Sequence record: OR228459.1
Reading direction: 5' to 3' (one strand)
DNA: 64,000 nucleotides
Position numbers and translations under genes: made by a program. Of the stretch, positions 57,213 through 64,000 are shown in pieces. Under the pieces are notes generated by a model that worked only from the letters and a program-made list of their open reading frames with translations, had not been told where the DNA came from and did no database searches. Numbering within the stretch: position 1 is the first letter of the stretch; each line of letters starts with the position of its first letter.

Positions 57213-57551
57213 ATGGCTATTACTTCTATCTTCTGCAACACCCGAAACGAAGCACGTCAGGCTAAAATCGATTTCAACGGTAAAATTGTTGACAATGGTT
57301 CTGATGCACCCAAGGGACAGCGTTGGGAAGTACAATACGAAGTAGCCCCCGTATCTGATGCCATCGCGGAACTTGCAGCAATCATGCAAGCGGAAGTACA
57401 AGACATGGCACTAGAAGAAGTGTCTCCACGTGAGATTATGGGTCTTCCACGTCCTGTAAGCAAGAATAAAAAAACCCGTGCTGTGATCATGAAAGATCGC
57501 AAAGGTAATTCAGTTACTGTACAGGTTCGTCGTCGCCGCATTACTGCCTAA
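57213..57551 (+). CDS. hypothetical protein, basic C-terminus
   Basis: SD GAGG; ends VRRRRITA. Confidence 0.8.
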   Translation: MAITSIFCNTRNEARQAKIDFNGKIVDNGSDAPKGQRWEVQYEVAPVSDAIAELAAIMQAEVQDMALEEVSPREIMGLPRPVSKNKKTRAVIMKDRKGNSVTVQVRRRRITA

Positions 57552-57591
57552 CCGAAAGGGGGAGCAATCCCCCAAACTTTTAAGAGGATTT

Positions 57592-57843
57592 ATGAAGAAG
57601 CAAGTACAACTAATTAATGGTAATTTCATGCGATTGCATTATAAACCGCAAAAGAAAATCATTGAGAAAGCTACAAAGGTAGCAAATGATTTTGTTAGTG
57701 GGACAGTTCGCCCCCGTAAACTATCTAACGGATTGTTTCAAGTACTGGATATTAGCAGAACAGAACGTATCGTAATTGATAAGGAAAAGCAAATACATTT
57801 AATGAGTCACGAAAAGTACAATGATTTTGTGAATCAGCGTTGA
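57592..57843 (+). CDS. small basic protein, possible ParE/RelE-like fold
   Basis: KATKV..PRKL..QVLDI...R(I)V..LMSHEKYN pattern recalled from phage ParE-like proteins; weak. Confidence 0.35.
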   Translation: MKKQVQLINGNFMRLHYKPQKKIIEKATKVANDFVSGTVRPRKLSNGLFQVLDISRTERIVIDKEKQIHLMSHEKYNDFVNQR

Positions 57844-57897
57844 CAGACTACCGACAACATAGTATAATACTTTCATCAACTAAACGATGGTTCTAAA

Positions 57898-58287
57898 ATG
57901 AAAAATATTGTTTCTGCTATCGCTATCGCTGTTATGTTTTCTTCAACTCCAGTTATGGCATACACTGTTAATCTGAATGAATTGACAGATTGGGGAAATC
58001 AAATGCGTGATCGCTTTGCAGTACCAGACCATATCCAGCCGCAGCAAAAACAAGGTAGTGAAATGTTATGCCGTGGGGTAATGACTAACGAGCAAACCGG
58101 ACAACAAATCCGCGAACAATTCAGTACTAGTGGTGAACGTTCGGTATCGGGTAATGATATCATCTATCATGATGAAGATGAAACCGGAAGCACTACATTG
58201 CAAATTAATGCAAAAACTGGTAAAGGCTTTATTACGATGATGGACACTGAAAAAGTTATCGTAACTGGTAATGTAGTTTGCAAATAA
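57898..58287 (+). CDS. putative exported protein
   Basis: Signal MKNIVSAIAIAVMFSSTPVMA. Confidence 0.75.
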   Translation: MKNIVSAIAIAVMFSSTPVMAYTVNLNELTDWGNQMRDRFAVPDHIQPQQKQGSEMLCRGVMTNEQTGQQIREQFSTSGERSVSGNDIIYHDEDETGSTTLQINAKTGKGFITMMDTEKVIVTGNVVCK

Positions 58288-58293
58288 AGTACT

Positions 58294-58331
58294 AAAAAGG
58301 GGTTGACTTCGGTCGGCCCTTTTGCTATTAT
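58294..58331 (+). promoter_or_regulatory. terminator/-35 hybrid element, copy 9
   Basis: AAAAGGGGTTGAC-TTCG-GTCGGCCCTTTT..TATTAT. Confidence 0.8.
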
Positions 58332-58336
58332 ATATC

Positions 58337-58385
58337 CCATAGAAACAAGTTAACCCACAGGGTGGCGTAGTCCGTCCAAAATTTA
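58337..58385 (+). ncRNA. candidate small RNA or leader, family copy 8
   Basis: CATAGAAACAAGTTAACCCACAGGGTGGCGTAGTCCGTC. Confidence 0.45.
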
Positions 58386-58400
58386 TTAAAAGTATAATAT

Positions 58401-58655
58401 ATGGAAATATGGAAAACAATCACTGATTCCCCTAATTATGAAGTAAGTAATTTAGGAAATATACGAAAAATACGTGATAATAAAGGTATGGCACAAACTA
58501 ATAGTAAACTTTCAGATGATGATATTAAATTCATCCGAGCTAATTTTAAAAAATGTGATCCTGTATATGGTGGAATACCACTAGCAAAGCGATTTGGTGT
58601 ATATAAAAGTACTATATACAAAATTGTACAAGGACGTGCATGGAAGCATATATAA
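58401..58655 (+). CDS. NUMOD4-HTH protein lacking the HNH domain (homing endonuclease remnant)
   Basis: MEIWKTI..YEVSNLGNIR joined to SKLSDDDIKFIR..LAKRFGVYKSTIYKIVQGRAWKHI. Confidence 0.7.
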   Translation: MEIWKTITDSPNYEVSNLGNIRKIRDNKGMAQTNSKLSDDDIKFIRANFKKCDPVYGGIPLAKRFGVYKSTIYKIVQGRAWKHI

Positions 58656-58692
58656 ATATATTCATAATACCATTTTATATAAGGAGTATATT

Positions 58693-59226
58693 ATGCCGGG
58701 TAAATTTCAAGATAAAAATGGTGGGTTAATTGCAGGACATAGTGATCGCTGGTCTGATGAAAACCGCCGTAAAAATAGTTTTAATGCTGGTGCTGGAAGT
58801 CGAGCTAGTCGAAATCAAGGACTAGGACAAAAAGGACTCGACAATACTAAAACAGATACCATTGTAGATACTTCTAGGATGAAACCAGAAGAAAAACTAA
58901 AGTACTTCCAATCTTTGGGATTACTTGGTCATCAAGAGAAAGGTTCTAAAGAGCCTCCAAAAGCAGCACCACAAAAACCAATGCCTACCGATAGTAAATC
59001 ACTTATTAGTACTTTACAAGATCAATGGAAAGATGCGTTTAAAGGCGATGTACGCCATTCTAAGCGACTTATTGCAGAACTTAAGGACGTTGCCCCAGCT
59101 AAGATTAAAAAAGCTCTACAAGCTGCTTACAGGGCCACACAAGAGGTTACCGCACGTGAAGACGACCCTCTAACAATCGTTGAATATATCAGTGATGCTA
59201 TTGTTCCATTTACATATGAAGATTGA
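58693..59226 (+). CDS. hypothetical late protein with KYFxxLGLL motif
   Basis: TATAAATA at 58651; SD AAGGAG; start trimmed from 58594. Confidence 0.75.
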   Translation: MPGKFQDKNGGLIAGHSDRWSDENRRKNSFNAGAGSRASRNQGLGQKGLDNTKTDTIVDTSRMKPEEKLKYFQSLGLLGHQEKGSKEPPKAAPQKPMPTDSKSLISTLQDQWKDAFKGDVRHSKRLIAELKDVAPAKIKKALQAAYRATQEVTAREDDPLTIVEYISDAIVPFTYED

Positions 59227-59229
59227 AAT

Positions 59230-59265
59230 AAAAGGTTGACATGAGTCAGCCTTTTTTGCTATCAT
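59230..59265 (+). promoter_or_regulatory. terminator/-35 hybrid element, copy 10
   Basis: AAAGGTTGAC-ATGA-GTCAGCCTTTTTT..TATCAT. Confidence 0.75.
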
Positions 59266-59292
59266 AGTCCTACACCAATAGGAGATAGTAAC

Positions 59293-59556
59293 ATGAAATA
59301 CTTACTAATCATCGCCGCATTATTCAGTACTCAAGCAATGGCAACAGATATGGTTTGTAGTGCTGATGGTTTCCAAACTGTATTCAAGGTAGATGGCAAC
59401 ACGCTTATTGACACAAACGAACACGTAGTAGCTGAAGAAATCAGTACTGGTAAGTTTATGGCACAAGATCAGTTCGGTGAAGTAGTTTATACTATTCACG
59501 GAAATAAGATTGTAATGCAATTCAGTGGCGTTATCAAAGAGTACAATTGCAAATGA
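59293..59556 (+). CDS. putative exported protein
   Basis: Signal MKYLLIIAALFSTQAMA. Confidence 0.75.
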   Translation: MKYLLIIAALFSTQAMATDMVCSADGFQTVFKVDGNTLIDTNEHVVAEEISTGKFMAQDQFGEVVYTIHGNKIVMQFSGVIKEYNCK

Positions 59557-59747
59557 TTGTACAAGTAACACTAAAAGGATTGAAGCCCGGAGAAGATGAC
59601 TACGAAACACATGTAGCCACTATTTCCGGGTTGACAATGGATGAGATTGATGGTAATATACTGTCATACATCTACGAATGGCGTAATGCAAACGGGTATT
59701 ACAAAATGAAATATATTCATAAAGAGGTAATCTCATGCGATAACTAA
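59547..59747 (+). CDS. hypothetical protein
   Basis: Track ORF. Confidence 0.65.
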   Translation: MQMIVQVTLKGLKPGEDDYETHVATISGLTMDEIDGNILSYIYEWRNANGYYKMKYIHKEVISCDN

Positions 59748-59763
59748 CACAGGAGATTACACA

Positions 59764-59979
59764 ATGCCAACTCATTCACTAGTACTTAATGGGATTCGAT
59801 TCAAAATGACTGAGGGTGCATTGCAAAGTACTAACACGCAATTAGTACTTGATAAACTCACAAAAGAACAATGTGATGGTATCCTTCGCGAAGCAAATCG
59901 CATTAAGTCAACTGTATCAAATCACCCGGTTAAGCGTCAATTACTTCAGGGGATCATTATGGGATGTTTGCGTAAATGA
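59764..59979 (+). CDS. hypothetical protein
   Basis: SD AGGAG. Confidence 0.7.
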   Translation: MPTHSLVLNGIRFKMTEGALQSTNTQLVLDKLTKEQCDGILREANRIKSTVSNHPVKRQLLQGIIMGCLRK

Positions 59980-60154
59980 TTTATCAACAAATTATTGCAG
60001 TACTGAAAACACTTGACTACGGAAATGCAATCCGTTATGCTAGTGCTAACGCCTTTGAACTCGCTCAAATGTATGAGCAAGGTAGTACCATTGATGAGCT
60101 GGTGGAGGTTTGTCTCAGTCATAAATAATCTTGTAATTATTACAGGAGATCATT

Positions 60155-60427
60155 ATGACAGACTTAAACGCAATCAAGCAATGGAGTACTATCCCATTAA
60201 ACGAACTACCGCAACTACTAAAGCAACAAGGTTTTCAATTCGTACCACGTTTTAGTACTGAAGATCATCGTATCTTCGTATCTCAAGACGGACAATATTT
60301 GATTAATATTATCCGTAATACTGGAAAAGTATACAGTACTAAAAATCAGAAATCACCTTTGCATATTTTTGGTATTCGTAATGGTGAGATCCCAAAAGGT
60401 GCAGATAAAGCATTCAGAACTGAATAA
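60155..60427 (+). CDS. hypothetical protein
   Basis: SD AGGAG. Confidence 0.75.
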   Translation: MTDLNAIKQWSTIPLNELPQLLKQQGFQFVPRFSTEDHRIFVSQDGQYLINIIRNTGKVYSTKNQKSPLHIFGIRNGEIPKGADKAFRTE

Positions 60428-60428
60428 T

Positions 60429-60468
60429 AAAAAAAGGGTTGACTTAGGTCGGCCCTTTTTGTTATTAT
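60429..60468 (+). promoter_or_regulatory. terminator/-35 hybrid element, copy 11
   Basis: AAAAAGGGTTGAC-TTAG-GTCGGCCCTTTTT..TATTAT. Confidence 0.8.
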
Positions 60469-60496
60469 ATACTTATTGAAGCGAAGGAGATAGAAC

Positions 60497-61087
60497 ATGT
60501 ACGTCACTAAAGCAGCAAAGAAACACTTAAAAGAACTTGACAAGTTACCAACTAATAAACAAATGTTAAAGTACTGTCGAGAAAATTTAACACGTTTGGG
60601 TAAGGGATCAAGTCGTGAAGTTTTTGCATTATCTGATACATTAGTAATCAAGATCGCTTTAGGTGGTGTAGGTGTAAAACAGAATGAAAATGAGATTCGT
60701 ATCTGGAATCTAGTTAGTTATTCATTTACTGGATTTAAGAGATCATTCGCTAAAGTACTGGTAAATTCATGCCACTGGAAAGAATTCTATATCGTCATGG
60801 AGCGTTTAAATACACAAACCGTGTCGCGGTCAATCTTTAATACAAGTACTGTTAGAGCGTGGCGTATGGATCGTACCGCAATGCATCCAATTGCTAAACG
60901 TATATTCAAAGATGTACAAGCCACTGATGATAATGCTTTTACTAATAACATAGCAGATATAACTCCACGAAATATGGGAACATCAAAAACAGGTGTTGTC
61001 AAGATGTTGGATTATGGTTTTAGTACTCCTATATGGAATGGACTCGCTAACGGTACATTAAAGAATAGAGAATTACTTATAAAATAG
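60497..61087 (+). CDS. protein-kinase-like fold protein
   Basis: LGKGSSREVF, VIKIA, QNENE, YIVMERL, DITPRNMG, MLDYG. Confidence 0.75.
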   Translation: MYVTKAAKKHLKELDKLPTNKQMLKYCRENLTRLGKGSSREVFALSDTLVIKIALGGVGVKQNENEIRIWNLVSYSFTGFKRSFAKVLVNSCHWKEFYIVMERLNTQTVSRSIFNTSTVRAWRMDRTAMHPIAKRIFKDVQATDDNAFTNNIADITPRNMGTSKTGVVKMLDYGFSTPIWNGLANGTLKNRELLIK

Positions 61088-61149
61088 TGCTTGACTACTT
61101 TATGCTGGTGGGATATACTTATCCCATCAACAACAAAGAGGAATACAAA

Positions 61150-61395
61150 ATGTTTAAAGTACGTAAATGGTCTGACTCTAACTCCCGCCCATATGATGTT
61201 GTTTATGTAGATGATATTCGAAACAATATCCACTATCAACCCGGCGTAGAATTTAGTACGATTGAAGGTGCTTATAAACATAAAGAAGTACTAATCAAAA
61301 GTACTGATGAAGATAGTATAGAATTTATCCGTAATCATTGGCCCACTGATGGTGCCGCTGATGAGGATAATTCAGAAGAACCAAAAATAGATTAA
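61150..61395 (+). CDS. hypothetical protein
   Basis: Own promoter TTGACT-17-TATACT; start trimmed. Confidence 0.7.
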   Translation: MFKVRKWSDSNSRPYDVVYVDDIRNNIHYQPGVEFSTIEGAYKHKEVLIKSTDEDSIEFIRNHWPTDGAADEDNSEEPKID

Positions 61396-61396
61396 T

Positions 61397-61434
61397 AAAA
61401 AGAGGTTGACTTCGGTCAGCCTTTTTTGTATTAT
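61397..61434 (+). promoter_or_regulatory. terminator/-35 hybrid element, copy 12
   Basis: AAAAGAGGTTGAC-TTCG-GTCAGCCTTTTTT..TATTAT. Confidence 0.8.
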
Positions 61435-61440
61435 ATATAT

Positions 61441-61495
61441 CAAGAAAACAGCTAACCCACAGGGTGCATAAATCCGTCTTTCAAATGTATATTTT
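61441..61495 (+). ncRNA. candidate small RNA, family copy 9
   Basis: CAAGAAAACAGCTAACCCACAGGGTGCATAAATCCGTC. Confidence 0.5.
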
Positions 61496-61627
61496 TTCAT
61501 CGAAGTACTAAAACGAATACGAAACAAATAAATTTCAAAAAGTACTTGACCACTATTACCGATTGTCGTATAATGTTTTACATCGAGAGGGGAAATGGTT
61601 CTACTCTCTAACTTAAGGAATTAAATC

Positions 61628-62149
61628 ATGATTACTACTCCAGTACGCGATATGTTTAACGTTAACCCCAACACTGGTATTGCTTATGGATACATCAACG
61701 CGAACAACGTAAACAGTGAAGTACTGAATGAAATTTTCTGCAATGGTATTGATGTAGCTCGACTTGAAGCAGATATTGACTTCGCCAAACGTTATGATTT
61801 CGTAGTACCTGATCAAAAGGAATCAGAAGATTATACTGCTTATCTTGAGCGTGTACAATCCGATATGCTTGACTTCCTTAACAATCTGGGCGATGATGTG
61901 ATGGAAGAAGTGGAAGCACATGATCGCGAATATGAAGAGTTTACAGGTCATGTACACGCCGCCACAGTAGATAAGACTACAGTACTTTATAACACTGATA
62001 ACAATACTATCTGTGTTATGGATGGCATCAATGTTGGTTTTTTCTATGCTTGCTCTCCATGCTGCCCGAATGCTGGTGATCTTGATAGTGCTGGTGGAAG
62101 TGTAGAAACTTACGATGTACCTGTAAGCTGGCGTGAACTGGATTACTAA
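61628..62149 (+). CDS. conserved-looking phage hypothetical protein
   Basis: NPNTGIAYGYI..CSPCCPNAGDLD pattern; family A cassette. Confidence 0.8.
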   Translation: MITTPVRDMFNVNPNTGIAYGYINANNVNSEVLNEIFCNGIDVARLEADIDFAKRYDFVVPDQKESEDYTAYLERVQSDMLDFLNNLGDDVMEEVEAHDREYEEFTGHVHAATVDKTTVLYNTDNNTICVMDGINVGFFYACSPCCPNAGDLDSAGGSVETYDVPVSWRELDY

Positions 62150-62480
62150 TTGACAACAACAAAGGGATAGTATATACTATCCCTAACTTAAGAAAAGAGG
62201 AAATCAAAATGGTTCACGTTGATCTTGAAGTACTGAAAAAAGTATGGTACGACATTGGCTATAAAAATATTAGCTGGACGGATAACCAGTACATCGAGCT
62301 TAAGGCACTGGATAACTGGCAGCGTAATGAAGTACTGAAAGCACACAAAAAAGGTGTAGATGATCGCTTTAACTTTCCTGTACTTTAATAGAAAAAAGTA
62401 CTTGCATAGTATTCTGATTACTGTATAATGTTTTTCATAGAGAGGGGAATGGTTCTTCTCTCTAAATTAAGGAAAACATT

Positions 62481-62663
62481 ATGACTAACAAATATCGTAC
62501 TCAGTTCTTCATGGTTGATGGTGCTCGATTAACTGCTGCTGACGTACACGAGTACTACGGAGTGAGCATTGATGATCTTCTGGTGATGCATGAAGATGAA
62601 ACACAATTCTTCCATGCTCATGGGTACGAGGTTAAAGTAACACGCTGCCCAGCATACAATTAA
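62481..62663 (+). CDS. small hypothetical protein
   Basis: Family A cassette. Confidence 0.7.
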   Translation: MTNKYRTQFFMVDGARLTAADVHEYYGVSIDDLLVMHEDETQFFHAHGYEVKVTRCPAYN

Positions 62664-62708
62664 TCATTTGGGGAGAGAGGTAATACTCTCCCATATTAAG
62701 GAACGTCC

Positions 62709-62975
62709 ATGAAACTGATTAACACACTAACGCGATTGTTTGGCACTGATAATGTTGACGATTGGAACGATGTTAACGATGAAGATAATGTGATTGATTA
62801 CATCGTTATCTACCACAACAATGATGGTGATAATGAGTGTGAGCCTGATTACTTCCTACGCCACTACGACAACGGATCATACCAGCTTAATGATCTCAGT
62901 GGCAACGTAATTCACACTGGTAATGATCTGGCAGTACTAAAGAAAGTACTAAAGAATTTACCAAAAAGTAATTGA
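62709..62975 (+). CDS. acidic hypothetical protein
   Basis: SD AAGGA. Confidence 0.75.
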   Translation: MKLINTLTRLFGTDNVDDWNDVNDEDNVIDYIVIYHNNDGDNECEPDYFLRHYDNGSYQLNDLSGNVIHTGNDLAVLKKVLKNLPKSN

Positions 62976-63005
62976 CTATAATCTGCTGGTGGAGTATTAT
63001 ATATC

Positions 63006-63065
63006 CATTGGCAGATAAGCCACTAACCCACGGGGTGCATAGATCCATCTATTGGATTTAAGTAC
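63006..63065 (+). ncRNA. candidate small RNA, family copy 10
   Basis: TTGACT(62972)-17-TATTAT; TGGC-AGATAA-GCCA then ACCCACGGGGTGCATAGATCCATC. Confidence 0.5.
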
Positions 63066-63182
63066 TAAAACCTTTTAAAAAAAGAATAAAGAAAGTACTT
63101 GCATTACTATCTCAGTACTGTATAATGTTTTACATCGAGAGGGGGAAATGGTTCTCCCTCCTAATCCAAAAGGATACGCACT

Positions 63183-63584
63183 ATGTTCACATTAAACCAT
63201 TTCTCCGATGTTGTTGCTGTTGCTAAAACCTTCGGCGTTGATGCACTTCGATACGCGATGGATAACAGCACCGTATCCGTTGGTGCATGTCACACTATCC
63301 GTGACTGCATGAAGTGGGCTGCTAACAAAGTTGTTAGTATTGATAACTTCAACGATGGTAACAATGAGTATAGCATTGATGCTGTATTCTCTACCGAGAA
63401 CGTAGCTGGTCTGTACATCACTGGCCTCGATGATATTCGTATCTCTCGTACTGGTTTCGGTTCCTTCTACGGCGATGCACGTGAAGCAATGGAGAAGGGT
63501 ATTATCAATGCCGAGCAGTTAGGCAAAGTACTAAAAGAGATTGCATTACGCAATGAAGCAGCTAAAGCCTTTGGTTTGCTGTAA
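63183..63584 (+). CDS. hypothetical protein
   Basis: Family A cassette. Confidence 0.8.
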   Translation: MFTLNHFSDVVAVAKTFGVDALRYAMDNSTVSVGACHTIRDCMKWAANKVVSIDNFNDGNNEYSIDAVFSTENVAGLYITGLDDIRISRTGFGSFYGDAREAMEKGIINAEQLGKVLKEIALRNEAAKAFGLL

Positions 63585-63648
63585 TACATAACACACTATA
63601 CAAGGCCACTGGTTAACGCTGGTGGCCTTTTACTATGGAGGTAATATC

Positions 63649-63855
63649 ATGACAACATATAGGGTAGAGGGTTGCTTAGGCGTGACTATAGGCAGCGTGA
63701 GCACCATAGATGATGCAACGGCTTTAGTACTAAAGCAAATACCTATCAGTGCTAAGACTACAGCACAGTTAGCGGGTAAGCTATCCCGTAAGGCAGTAGG
63801 TGGGAAGGTATACGTAGACTATGGCGGTACTGGCTGTACTGTATTTGTGGAATAA
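63649..63855 (+). CDS. hypothetical protein
   Basis: SD GGAGG; start trimmed. Confidence 0.65.
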   Translation: MTTYRVEGCLGVTIGSVSTIDDATALVLKQIPISAKTTAQLAGKLSRKAVGGKVYVDYGGTGCTVFVE

Positions 63856-64000
63856 GGAATTTTTACCTAAGTCAGATTTTATCTAACTCATTTTTAAAAT
63901 AAGTCAAGAAAAAAATGAGTAAGGTATTGGTTGACTTTTCTATAAAAAATATTGATTGGACTATGAAAAATTTTTACCTTAGTGAAGGCCAGTCATGCCT

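Noticed and set aside
45265-63038. CsrA-sponge or CRISPR-repeat-mimic identity for the sRNA family
   Set aside because: ACAGGGTG resembles the CsrA site ACAGGAUG but lacks the essential GGA in the loop. No match by eye to type I-E or I-F repeats. Kept only as an untested analogy.

Overview
AT-rich, densely coding window with no tRNA, rRNA, CRISPR array or integrase that I can find. It reads as part of a lytic jumbo phage genome, probably infecting Enterobacterales. The resemblance to RaK2/GAP32/CBB-like myoviruses is inferred from gene style and was not searched. There are three zones. (1) 1-29.7 kb: + strand early/middle accessory genes behind sigma70-type promoters. These include a solo HicA-like RNase, a BCS1-like AAA ATPase, a PD-(D/E)XK nuclease-like protein, an Ntn-hydrolase, a sigma70-family sigma factor, an HNH protein, a T7 gp0.7-like kinase, an AAA+ ATPase and many small membrane or exported proteins, plus a ~430-nt structured non-coding stretch. 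(2) 29.7-43.9 kb: a - strand array of 13 late genes with TAAATA promoters. All begin with the same MIPFxR/K/MxxxYG/AN tag, fused to RCC1-like propeller, LamG-like or Gly-rich bodies, and one is split at a G7 tract. (3) 44-64 kb: a non-coding boundary, then many promoter + small-ORF cassettes built from repeated regulatory modules. These include H-NS-like, TraR/YbiI-like, ART-like, second kinase and NUMOD4-HTH genes. The most striking signals not explained by the genes are a 10-copy family of promoter-driven short non-coding units with a conserved ACCC-NNN-GGGT(GC) hairpin, strong over-representation of the palindrome AGTACT, and a repeated hairpin that is both a terminator and the -35 box of the next promoter.
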